A DNA stretch of 64,000 nucleotides from positions 1,533-65,532 of the forward strand of contig CALAUI010000018.1 in the NCBI GenBank assembly GCA_937892115.1. The letters are read 5' to 3'. This document shows, piece by piece, positions 55,504-64,000 of this stretch. Numbering within the stretch: position 1 is the first letter of the stretch; each line of letters begins with the position of its first letter. The position numbers and the translations under genes are program-made. Source of the stretch: an uncultured Clostridia bacterium. Its GTDB lineage: Bacteria; Bacillota; Clostridia; Oscillospirales; Acutalibacteraceae. Under the pieces are notes generated by a model that made no database searches, was not told the origin of the DNA, and saw nothing but the letters and a program-made list of their open reading frames with translations.

Positions 55504-57570
55504 TTATTTCTCTGCAACAATTTTTTCGGCTATGCTCTTGGGAACCTCGGCATAATGACTGGGCTCCATTACATACTGGCCTCTGCCCTGAGTCTTTGAA
55601 CGAAGGGAAGTGGCGTAACCGAACATATTGGAGAGAGGAATATTGGCGTCAATCTGTGTAGCACCGGTTCTTGCTTCCTGACCCTGGATAAGACCGCGGC
55701 GGGAGTTACAGTCACCGATAACGTCACCGATGTATTCATCGGGAACAATGATGGCACACTTCATGATGGGCTCCATAAGAACGGGAGCTGCCTTTCTCAT
55801 TGCATCCTTGAATGCCATTGAAGCGGCAATCTTGAATGCCATTTCGGAAGAGTCAACCTCGTGATATGAACCGTCGTAAAGAGTAACCTTTACGTCAACT
55901 ACGTTGTAACCTGCAAGAGTACCGCTGAGCATTGCGCCCTTGATACCTGCCTCGATGGCGTTGAAATACTCCTTGGGAATAGCACCGCCGACGATGTTGT
56001 TGACAAATTCGTAGCCCTTTTCGGGATTGGGTTCAATATTGATCTTAACATGACCGTACTGACCTTTACCGCCTGACTGTCTTGCATACTTGGTATCAGA
56101 GCTTGCGGGAACGGTAATGGTTTCGCGGTATGCAACCTGGGGCTGACCTACATTTGCCTCAACCTTGAATTCACGAAGAAGTCTGTCAACGATGATTTCA
56201 AGATGAAGCTCGCCCATACCGGCGATAATGGTCTGACCTGTCTCCTCATCGGTATAGCACTTGAAGGTGGGGTCTTCCTCTGCCAGCTTTGCAAGAGCAA
56301 TACCCATCTTTTCCTGACCTGCTTTGGTCTTGGGCTCGATGGCTACTCTGATAACGGGCTCGGGGAATTCCATTGATTCAAGTATGATGGGATGTCTCTG
56401 GTCGCAGAGTGTATCGCCCGTAGTTGTCTGCTTGACACCTACACAAGCGGCGATATCACCGGCGTAACAGCACTCAATATCCTGTCTGTGGTTGGCATGC
56501 ATCTGAAGAATGCGTCCCATTCTTTCATTTACATCCTTGGTTGAGTTATATACTGTTGCACCTGTATCAACAGAGCCGGAGTAAACTCTGAAGAAGCAGA
56601 GCTTACCTACGAAGGGGTCTGTCGTAATCTTGAAAGCAAGAGCTGAGAAGGGCTCTGTGTCAGATGAATGTCTGACCTCTTCCTTATCAGTTCTGGGGTT
56701 TACACCCTTGATTGCTTCAACGTCTGTGGGAGCGGGCATATAGTCAACTACTGCATCAAGCAGGAGCTGAACGCCCTTGTTGCGGTAGGATGTACCGCAG
56801 CATACGGGTACCATTTCATTGGCGATTGTGGACTGTCTGATGCACTTCTTGATTTCATCAACGGTAAGCTCTTCGCCGTTGAAGTACTTTTCCATAAGTG
56901 CTTCATCCTGCTCTGCAACGTGCTCAATAAGCTCGTCGCGATATTTCTGAGCAAGCTCTTTCATATCGTCGGGAATATCCTCAACGTCAATCTGGGTGCC
57001 CATATCGTCTCTGTAATAGAAGGCCTTCATGATAACAAGATCAATTATACCTTCAAAAGTTGCTTCCGCGCCGATGGGAAGCTGAATGGGAACGGCATTA
57101 CATTTAAGTCTGTCCTTCATCATGTCAACAACATGATAGAAGTCTGCACCCATAATGTCCATCTTATTGACGTAAACCATTCTGGGAACCTTATATTTAT
57201 CTGCCTGTCTCCATACGGTTTCACTCTGGGGCTCAACGCCGCCTTTAGCGCAGAGAACTGTTACGGAGCCGTCGAGAACACGCAGGGAACGTTCAACCTC
57301 AACTGTGAAGTCAACGTGACCCGGTGTATCGATGATGTTGATACGGTGGTCCTTCCAAAAGCAGGTAGTTGCAGCGGAAGTGATTGTGATACCACGTTCC
57401 TGCTCCTGAGCCATAAAGTCCATTGTTGCAGCACCATCGTGTGTTTCGCCGATCTTATGAGTTTTACCTGTATAATACAGGATTCGTTCAGTTGTAGTGG
57501 TCTTACCGGCATCGATATGTGCCATAATACCAATGTTTCTTGTCATCTCAAGAGAAACCTGTCTTGGCAT
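55504..57570 (-). CDS. fusA: elongation factor G
   Basis: [26 protein letters not shown] and full-length EF-G resemblance. 688 aa. Confidence 0.98.
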   Translation of the reverse strand: MPRQVSLEMTRNIGIMAHIDAGKTTTTERILYYTGKTHKIGETHDGAATMDFMAQEQERGITITSAATTCFWKDHRINIIDTPGHVDFTVEVERSLRVLDGSVTVLCAKGGVEPQSETVWRQADKYKVPRMVYVNKMDIMGADFYHVVDMMKDRLKCNAVPIQLPIGAEATFEGIIDLVIMKAFYYRDDMGTQIDVEDIPDDMKELAQKYRDELIEHVAEQDEALMEKYFNGEELTVDEIKKCIRQSTIANEMVPVCCGTSYRNKGVQLLLDAVVDYMPAPTDVEAIKGVNPRTDKEEVRHSSDTEPFSALAFKITTDPFVGKLCFFRVYSGSVDTGATVYNSTKDVNERMGRILQMHANHRQDIECCYAGDIAACVGVKQTTTGDTLCDQRHPIILESMEFPEPVIRVAIEPKTKAGQEKMGIALAKLAEEDPTFKCYTDEETGQTIIAGMGELHLEIIVDRLLREFKVEANVGQPQVAYRETITVPASSDTKYARQSGGKGQYGHVKINIEPNPEKGYEFVNNIVGGAIPKEYFNAIEAGIKGAMLSGTLAGYNVVDVKVTLYDGSYHEVDSSEMAFKIAASMAFKDAMRKAAPVLMEPIMKCAIIVPDEYIGDVIGDCNSRRGLIQGQEARTGATQIDANIPLSNMFGYATSLRSKTQGRGQYVMEPSHYAEVPKSIAEKIVAEK

Positions 57571-57621
57571 ATTAACCTCCGAATAAGTGTAAAAACTAAA
57601 ATCTGCTCAACCGACAGATGA

Positions 57622-58092
57622 TTACCATCTGAAGTGTGCAAATGCCTTGTTGGATTCTGCCATCTTGTGAGTATCTTCACGCTTCTTGAATGAACCACCG
57701 GTCTGGTTGATTGCATCCATGATTTCGTTGGCAAGGCGCTCTTTCATTGTTCTCTCGGAACGTGCACGAGCGTAAGTGGTGATCCAACGCAGACCAAGGG
57801 TCTGTCTTCTGGCGGGTCTAACCTCCATGGGAACCTGATAGGTTGCACCGCCGACACGGCGAGCCTTAACTTCGAGAACGGGCATAACATTCTCCATAGC
57901 TTCCTCAAAAGCTTCGAGGGGCTCCTTACCGGTCTTTTCTTTAACAATGTCAAAAGCATCGTAAACGATCTTCTGAGCTACACCCTTCTTACCGTCAAGC
58001 ATGATGTTGTTGATAAGACGAGTGACAAGGGTTGAATTGTAAAGCGGATCAGGCAAAACTTCACGTTTTGCTATGTTGCCTCTTCTTGGCAC
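57622..58092 (-). CDS. rpsG: 30S ribosomal protein S7
   Basis: (M)[22 protein letters not shown] start 58092 after GAAGGAGGGAAG. 156 aa. Confidence 0.97.
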   Translation of the reverse strand: MPRRGNIAKREVLPDPLYNSTLVTRLINNIMLDGKKGVAQKIVYDAFDIVKEKTGKEPLEAFEEAMENVMPVLEVKARRVGGATYQVPMEVRPARRQTLGLRWITTYARARSERTMKERLANEIMDAINQTGGSFKKREDTHKMAESNKAFAHFRW

Positions 58093-58242
58093 TTCGCTTC
58101 CCTCCTTCATAATAATGATATCATAGGTACTCGAGTGACAAATTCTCGTGGCGCCAACGCAGAGACTATACATTATATATATGTACTGCATTGGTAGGAA
58201 TAAAATTCCGGCCTGCAAGAAGATTTGTCTTAATGTTGCGGA

Positions 58243-58662
58243 TTATTTCTTTACCTTAGGACGCTTTGCACCGTACTTTGAACGGGCCTGCATTCTGCCG
58301 TTAACGCCCTGAGTATCAAGGGTACCGCGAATGATGTGGTAACGTACACCGGGAAGGTCCTTTACACGGCCGCCGCGGATAAGAACAACTGAGTGCTCCT
58401 GAAGGTTGTGACCTACGCCGGGAATGTAAGCTGAAACTTCGATTCCGTTTGTAAGACGAACTCTGGCGATCTTACGAAGAGCTGAGTTGGGCTTCTTGGG
58501 AGTAGCAGTTTTAACAGCGGTGCAAACGCCGCGCTTCTGGGGTGAATCCTGATCGGTCATTACGTTCTTCTTAGAGTTCAGTCCCTTTAAGAGTGCGGGT
58601 GCTTTGGGCTTCTTTTCAAGTGTCTCTCTGCCGTTACGAACAAGCTGATTAAAGGTAGGCAT
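58243..58662 (-). CDS. rpsL: 30S ribosomal protein S12
   Basis: [13 protein letters not shown]...[10 protein letters not shown]. Start at ATG 58662 after AAAGGAGAG. 139 aa. Confidence 0.97.
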   Translation of the reverse strand: MPTFNQLVRNGRETLEKKPKAPALLKGLNSKKNVMTDQDSPQKRGVCTAVKTATPKKPNSALRKIARVRLTNGIEVSAYIPGVGHNLQEHSVVLIRGGRVKDLPGVRYHIIRGTLDTQGVNGRMQARSKYGAKRPKVKK

Positions 58663-58741
58663 GTATTCTCTCCTTTCTTGAATAGTATGTATGTGCAGGA
58701 TTTCCCGAATAATCGGGAAACCCGATACACCACAATTTAGC

Positions 58742-58771
58742 ATTTTATCACAGGTTGCCCTGCCTTGTCAA
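58742..58771 (-). promoter_or_regulatory. sigma-A-like promoter of the rpsL operon
   Basis: Minus strand TTGACA-18 nt-TAAAAT in the rpoC-rpsL spacer. Confidence 0.55.
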
Positions 58772-58786
58772 CACTTTTAACAAGAA

Positions 58787-61700
58787 TCAGTCAATATTTT
58801 CGTCAATATTTACAGACTTTTTTACGGGGTAGGCCTTTGCTTCACTGTAACACTTCATACCTGTACCTGAGGGAAGAAGCTTACCGATGATAACGTTTTC
58901 CTTAAGGCCGAGAAGTCTGTCTTCCTTGCCCTTGATTGCAGCATCCGTAAGAACCTTTGTGGTCTCCTGGAATGATGCGGCGGAAAGGAATGACTCTGTT
59001 GCAAGTGATGCCTTTGTAATACCGAGAAGCGTGGGAACTGCTTCGGCAAGTACGGGTTCCTCGCCCTTTGCCTCCGCCTCTGCCTTGATGCGTGCATTCT
59101 CTCTGACAAATTCCTGTCTTTCAACCGTCTGGTCGGGAAGGAACTTGGAATTACCGGGCTCGGTAATTCTGAGCTGACGCATCATCTGACGTACGATAAC
59201 CTCGATATGCTTATCGTTGATACCAACGCCCTGAAGACGGTATGTCTTCTGAACTTCTCTGATAAGGTAATCGTGAACGGCGTCAACACCGAGAATGGCG
59301 AGGATATCCTTGGGATCCTGCGCACCTTCGGTAAGCTGGTCGCCCTTCTTGACCTTATCGCCGTCTGTTACCTTCTTCTTGAAGCCGTAAGGAATAAGGT
59401 ATGCCTTTTCCGTACCGTCATCAGCGGTAACAACAACGTGGTCTGAATTCTTTATCTTTCTGATACTTGCGATACCGTCGATTTCACTCATGATTGCAAG
59501 TACCTTGGGCTTACGGGCTTCAAAGAGTTCCTCAACTCTGGGAAGACCTGAAGTAATATCCGACTGGTCTGCGGCACCGCCGGTGTGGAAGGTTCTCATT
59601 GTAAGCTGAGTACCGGGCTCACCGATTGACTGAGCGGCGATGATACCTACTGCTTCACCTACGGTAACGGGTCTGCCGGATGCAAGGTTCTTACCGTAGC
59701 ACTTGATACATACGCCGTGATCGGATTCGCAGGTAAGAAGTGAACGGATTTTGATCATGGGCTTGGAATCCTCTTCAACCTCACCCTTTGCTACCTTGGC
59801 GGCGTGCTCTTTCTTAACTGCAGCGGCAACCTTGTTTGCAAGGTCATCTGTCATAAGCTCATCCTTACTGCAGATGAGAGCGCCTGTTTCGGAATCGTAA
59901 TAATCTTCAAAGAGGTATCTGCCGGAAAGACGCTCCTCAATGGATACGATCTTTCTTGAGTCCTTCTTCTTTTCATCATCGAAGATATCATATACGTTGA
60001 TACCGTCGCTGCAGTGGCAGTCTTCCTCGCGGATGATAACATCCTGGGAAACGTCAACAAGTCGTCTGGTAAGGTAACCGGAGTCGGCTGTACGCAGAGC
60101 GGTATCTGCAAGACCCTTACGGGCACCACGGGCTGAAATGTAATATTCCAGAATGTTAAGACCTTCACGGTAGTTAGCTCTGATGGGGACTTCAATTACC
60201 TTACCTGAGGTGTTGGCAATAAGTCCGCGCATGCCGGCGAGCTGACGAAGCTGTGAGTCGTTACCACGGGCGCCTGAATCAAGCATAATGTTGATGGGGT
60301 TGTAAGCGTTGAAGTTTGCCTTCAGCTCCTGGAATACGCTGGCTGAGCAGTTTTCCCAAACCTTGAGGGTTTCCTTGGAACGCTTTTCTTCGGTAAGGAA
60401 GCCCCTGTCATAAAGCTTTCTGACCTTCGCAACATCCTCGTCTGCCTTCTTGAGGATTTCCCATTTCTTGGGAGGAATGGAAGCGTCGCAAACTGCAACG
60501 GTAAGGCCTGAATAGGTTGAATACTTATATCCCTGTGCCTTGATCTTATCAAGAACGACTGCGGATACGGAAGTACCGTGAATCTTGATACAGCGGTCAA
60601 TAAGCTTACCCAGTACCTTTTTATTTACTTTTTCATTTATTTCGGGTGTGAAGAGATTTTCGGGCTTTGTTCTGTCAATGAAGCCGAGATCCTGAGGAAT
60701 GGGCTGGTTGAAGATGATACGGCCGAGAGTGGTGGTCTCAAGGCGGGTAATCATTTCACCGTTGAATTCCTTGGACATACGGATTCTGATATGAACGTGA
60801 AGACCGATATCGCCTTCATCGTAAGCCATAACGGCTTCATTTACGGAGCCGAAGGTCTTGTAAATGATAACGGGATTGCCGTTTTCGTCAAGGATAAGGT
60901 TGCCGTTTTCATCCCTTGCCTGAAGAGGAGCGCCGGGCTCACAGGGATTCTCGGGACTGTAATCGTCGTTTTCCTTATTATTATCATTAACCATTGTAAG
61001 ATAGTAGGAACCGAGGATCATATCCTGAGTGGGAACGGTAACGGGCTTACCGTCTGAGGGCTTGAGCAGGTTGTTGGCGGCAAGCATAAGGAATCTTGCC
61101 TCTGCCTGTGCCTCTGCCGAAAGAGGAACGTGAACAGCCATCTGGTCACCGTCGAAGTCGGCATTGAATGCGGTACATACAAGGGGATGAAGCTTGATAG
61201 CTCTGCCCTCTACAAGTACGGGCTCAAATGCCTGGATACCGAGGCGGTGAAGAGTGGGAGCACGGTTAAGCATTACGGGATGGTCCTTGATAACGATTTC
61301 AAGAGCGTCCCATACTTCGGGAACTGCTCTGTCAACCATCTTACGGGCTGACTTGACATTGCCTGCCTTCTCGGTCTCAACAAGTCTCTTCATAATGAAG
61401 GGCTTGAAAAGCTCAAGAGCCATTTCCTTGGGAAGACCGCACTGATAAAGCTTCAGCTCGGGACCTACGACGATAACGGAACGGCCTGAGTAGTCAACAC
61501 GCTTACCCAGAAGGTTCTGTCTGAAACGTCCCTGCTTACCTTTAAGCATATCGGAAAGAGATTTGAGGGCTCTGTTGGAGGGACCTGTAACGGGTCTGCC
61601 TCTTCTGCCGTTATCAATAAGGGCATCAACAGCTTCCTGGAGCATTCTCTTTTCGTTTCTGATAATGATTTCGGGAGAACCGAGCTCAATGAGCTTTGCA

Positions 61701-62518
61701 AGACGGTTGTTTCTGTTGATAACACGTCTGTAAAGATCGTTGAGGTCTGACGTTGCGAAACGTCCGCCTTCAAGCTGTACCATAGGACGAAGCTCGGGAG
61801 GAAGAACGGGAATTACATCCATGATCATCCACTCGGGTCTGTTGCCTGAAAGTCTGAAGGATTCAACAACTTCAAGTCTCTTGAGAAGCTTGGCTTTCTT
61901 CTGTGTGGAAGCGGTTTCAAGCTCTTCCTTGAGCTGAGCGGAAAGTTCGTCAAGGTCAATGCCTGCAAGCAGTTCCTTGACTGCTTCTGCACCCATACCT
62001 GCCTTGAAGTCATCTTCGTATCTCAGACGGTACTCTTCAAAATCCTTCTCTTCAAGTGTCTGGCACTTTTCAAGAGGTGTGTCACCGGGATCGATAACGA
62101 TGTGCTTTGCAAAGTAAAGTACACGTTCAAGATCCTTGGGAGATATATCAAGGATAAGACTCATTCTTGAGGGGATACCCTTGAAATACCAGATATGTGA
62201 AACGGGAGTTGCAAGCTCAATGTGGCCCATTCTTTCACGGCGGACCTTTGCTCTTGTGATTTCAACACCGCAGCGTTCACAGACCTTGCCCTTATATCTG
62301 ACCTTTTTATACTTACCGCAATGGCATTCCCAGTCCTTGGTGGGTCCGAAAATCTTTTCGCAGAAAAGGCCGTCCTTCTCGGGCTTGAGGGTTCTGTAAT
62401 TTATTGTCTCGGGCTTCTTGACCTCACCGTAGGACCACTCTCTGATGGTCTCGGGGGAGGCAAGGCCGATTTTTATGGATTCAAAAGTGAGATTGTCGTT
62501 AGTTTCAATAATATCCAT
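58787..62518 (-). CDS. rpoC: DNA-directed RNA polymerase subunit beta'
   Basis: Zn-finger [20 protein letters not shown] and catalytic NADFDGDQM. 1243 aa. Confidence 0.98.
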   Translation of the reverse strand: MDIIETNDNLTFESIKIGLASPETIREWSYGEVKKPETINYRTLKPEKDGLFCEKIFGPTKDWECHCGKYKKVRYKGKVCERCGVEITRAKVRRERMGHIELATPVSHIWYFKGIPSRMSLILDISPKDLERVLYFAKHIVIDPGDTPLEKCQTLEEKDFEEYRLRYEDDFKAGMGAEAVKELLAGIDLDELSAQLKEELETASTQKKAKLLKRLEVVESFRLSGNRPEWMIMDVIPVLPPELRPMVQLEGGRFATSDLNDLYRRVINRNNRLAKLIELGSPEIIIRNEKRMLQEAVDALIDNGRRGRPVTGPSNRALKSLSDMLKGKQGRFRQNLLGKRVDYSGRSVIVVGPELKLYQCGLPKEMALELFKPFIMKRLVETEKAGNVKSARKMVDRAVPEVWDALEIVIKDHPVMLNRAPTLHRLGIQAFEPVLVEGRAIKLHPLVCTAFNADFDGDQMAVHVPLSAEAQAEARFLMLAANNLLKPSDGKPVTVPTQDMILGSYYLTMVNDNNKENDDYSPENPCEPGAPLQARDENGNLILDENGNPVIIYKTFGSVNEAVMAYDEGDIGLHVHIRIRMSKEFNGEMITRLETTTLGRIIFNQPIPQDLGFIDRTKPENLFTPEINEKVNKKVLGKLIDRCIKIHGTSVSAVVLDKIKAQGYKYSTYSGLTVAVCDASIPPKKWEILKKADEDVAKVRKLYDRGFLTEEKRSKETLKVWENCSASVFQELKANFNAYNPINIMLDSGARGNDSQLRQLAGMRGLIANTSGKVIEVPIRANYREGLNILEYYISARGARKGLADTALRTADSGYLTRRLVDVSQDVIIREEDCHCSDGINVYDIFDDEKKKDSRKIVSIEERLSGRYLFEDYYDSETGALICSKDELMTDDLANKVAAAVKKEHAAKVAKGEVEEDSKPMIKIRSLLTCESDHGVCIKCYGKNLASGRPVTVGEAVGIIAAQSIGEPGTQLTMRTFHTGGAADQSDITSGLPRVEELFEARKPKVLAIMSEIDGIASIRKIKNSDHVVVTADDGTEKAYLIPYGFKKKVTDGDKVKKGDQLTEGAQDPKDILAILGVDAVHDYLIREVQKTYRLQGVGINDKHIEVIVRQMMRQLRITEPGNSKFLPDQTVERQEFVRENARIKAEAEAKGEEPVLAEAVPTLLGITKASLATESFLSAASFQETTKVLTDAAIKGKEDRLLGLKENVIIGKLLPSGTGMKCYSEAKAYPVKKSVNIDENID

Positions 62519-62555
62519 TAACGATGCCCCTTCCTTAGTTTATTTTTAGCGGAGA

Positions 62556-64000
62556 TTAAAATTCTTCCTCTGATGAGGAGCCGAAGTCAAGTCCGAAATC
62601 CATGGAATCGCCGTCATCAAATCCGATGTCGTCTTCCATGATTCCCACTGCGCCTGCGTAGAAATCTTCGTCTGAATCATCATCGGATTCAAAGATGTCG
62701 TTTTCAAGACTGTCTTCATCAATACCGAAGCCGGCCTGATTCTCTGCATCGTTTACATTTTCAAATGCTTCCTTGTGATCGTCTGCCGATGCGGGGAAGT
62801 CATTGTCAAATGAGGTGCGAAGGTCGATTTCTTCACCGTTCTTGTCAAGGACCTTGATGTCAAGAGCAAGTGACTGAAGCTCTTTTACAAGTACCTTGAA
62901 TGCTTCGGGAGTGCCGGGATTGGGAACGTTATCGCCCTTTACGATTGCCTCGTATGTGGCAACACGTCCGTTGGTATCGTCTGACTTGACTGTAAGAATC
63001 TCCTGAAGGGTATATGCTGCGCCGTATGCTTCAAGTGCCCAAACTTCCATTTCACCGAAACGCTGGCCGCCGAACTGAGCTTTACCGCCGAGGGGCTGCT
63101 GTGTAACGAGAGAGTAGGGACCTGTTGAACGGGCGTGAATCTTATCGTCAACAAGGTGATGGAGCTTGAGATAGTACATTACGCCGACTGTTACGGGGTT
63201 ATCAAACTTACGGCCCGTACGTCCGTCGTAAAGAACGGTCTTACCGCTCTGGTCAATCTTGTAAACCTTGGATTCATCAAATTCATACTTGCTTTCGTCG
63301 AATTCTTCACCGTGCGCTTCTGCGTATGCTTTTGCGGCGGCGGCTCTCTGAGCAAGCTCTTCCTTCGCCTTGATGACCGCCTGCTTGTTGGCCTCCTCGA
63401 ATGCATCGTGGATGTCGGATTCGTGAGCGCCGTCAAATACGGGAGTCATAACCTTGCAGTCAAGTGAACGTGCTGCAAGACCAAGGTGAACTTCAAGTAC
63501 CTGACCGATATTCATTCGGGAAGGTACGCCGAGGGGATTAAGTACGATATCAAGAGGAGTACCGTCGGGAAGGAAGGGCATATCTTCCTGAGGAAGGATT
63601 CTTGAAACAACGCCCTTGTTACCGTGACGGCCTGCCATCTTATCGCCTACGGAAAGCTTACGCTTCTGGGCGATGTAGCAGCGGACTACCTTATTTACGC
63701 CGGGAGCCAGCTCGTCGCTGTTTTCCTTTGTGAATACCTCAACGTTGACAACAACGCCGTAAGTACCGTGGGGAACTCTCAGGGAAGTATCTCTTACTTC
63801 CTTTGCCTTCTCACCGAAGATGGCGTGAAGCAGTCTCTCTTCGGGAGTCATTTCGGTTTCGCCCTTGGGTGTGACCTTACCTACAAGGATATCGCCGGAA
63901 CGGACTTCCGCACCGATGCGGATGATGCCTTCCTCGTCAAGATTTGCAAGGGCATCCTCACCGGTATTGGGAATGTCTCTTGTGATATCTTCGGGTCCGA
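62556..64000 (-). CDS. rpoB: DNA-directed RNA polymerase subunit beta (3' part; 5' end outside window)
   Basis: The frame stays open to the window edge (..[54 protein letters not shown]). Acidic C-terminal tail. Confidence 0.97.
   Translation of the reverse strand, partial: GPEDITRDIPNTGEDALANLDEEGIIRIGAEVRSGDILVGKVTPKGETEMTPEERLLHAIFGEKAKEVRDTSLRVPHGTYGVVVNVEVFTKENSDELAPGVNKVVRCYIAQKRKLSVGDKMAGRHGNKGVVSRILPQEDMPFLPDGTPLDIVLNPLGVPSRMNIGQVLEVHLGLAARSLDCKVMTPVFDGAHESDIHDAFEEANKQAVIKAKEELAQRAAAAKAYAEAHGEEFDESKYEFDESKVYKIDQSGKTVLYDGRTGRKFDNPVTVGVMYYLKLHHLVDDKIHARSTGPYSLVTQQPLGGKAQFGGQRFGEMEVWALEAYGAAYTLQEILTVKSDDTNGRVATYEAIVKGDNVPNPGTPEAFKVLVKELQSLALDIKVLDKNGEEIDLRTSFDNDFPASADDHKEAFENVNDAENQAGFGIDEDSLENDIFESDDDSDEDFYAGAVGIMEDDIGFDDGDSMDFGLDFGSSSEEEF

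Noticed and set aside
56668-57621. A 317-aa plus-strand ORF, with many similar long ORFs elsewhere. Examples: 2054-2788, 37104-37649, 51077-51793, 60578-61057, 47158-47784 and 15113-15574.
   Set aside because: Each lies antisense to, or out of frame within, a gene with unmistakable homology (fusA, ddh, aroC, dusB, rpoC, galK/M42, GPH transporter). Their translations are low-complexity or Cys/Arg-rich, they lack an RBS, and they are shadow ORFs.
62556-62830. The strongly acidic C-terminal tail of RpoB (..[30 protein letters not shown]) as an anomaly.
   Set aside because: Acidic C-terminal tails of comparable character occur in RpoB of other Firmicutes (e.g. Bacillus, from memory). This is not distinctive enough to report as a finding.
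1-64000. CRISPR arrays, tRNA/rRNA genes, and tandem repeats other than the short coding hexamer run.
   Set aside because: All intergenic gaps are under 320 nt and are accounted for by promoters, terminators and leaders. I saw no repeat-spacer periodicity or cloverleaf-capable segments.

Overview
A 64-kb chromosomal window from a Firmicute. It is most likely a Clostridia (Oscillospiraceae/Ruminococcaceae-like) anaerobe. This is inferred from the protein sequences, strong GGAGG-type ribosome-binding sites, the rpoB-rpoC-rpsL-rpsG-fusA-tuf order, pflBA and a meso-DAP dehydrogenase. I call 59 protein-coding genes (2 partial), one ZTP (pfl-motif) riboswitch, 13 sigma-A-like promoters and 15 intrinsic terminators. 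I see no rRNA, tRNA, CRISPR array, transposase or integrase.

Gene content, left to right:
- HAD phosphatase, LUD-domain protein, a free-standing 27-aa membrane-peptide gene, and ddh.
- A DUF4965-type glutaminase-like protein and an alpha/beta hydrolase.
- pflB-pflA under ZTP riboswitch control.
- An ~11-kb co-directional block of phosphodiesterases, esterases and transporters, facing a DagK-type lipid kinase. It holds two GDPD paralogues, an SGNH esterase, an ArsB/NhaD-type permease, a GH99-like/WbsX protein, a zinc-ribbon membrane protein coupled to a GPH symporter, a YdjC deacetylase, a PI-PLC-like protein and an LCAT-like lipase. This is my best candidate for an undescribed system.
- LacX-like epimerase and a secreted metallophosphoesterase.
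- A DapA-family aldolase plus an orphan membrane PP2C phosphatase with a Thr/Ser-rich tail.
- A CofE-like ligase plus a stand-alone GMP-synthase ATP-PPase subunit.
- An AT-rich islet carrying a DpnII/MboI-type (GATC) M-R-M restriction-modification cassette whose Dam has an N-terminal HTH.
- An RsmH paralogue.
- A seven-gene shikimate operon with two gene fusions.
- An OmpR/HK two-component pair.
- An operon with a second, secreted LCAT-like lipase.
- TVP38, galK, two M42 peptidases, GNAT and YhhN.
- dusB, a nucleoside-hydrolase-like protein, a HAD hydrolase and thiamine diphosphokinase.
- tuf-fusA-rpsG-rpsL-rpoC-rpoB.

Most other ORFs in the six-frame track are antisense or out-of-frame shadows of these genes. 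All family assignments come from motif recognition by eye, not from database searches.
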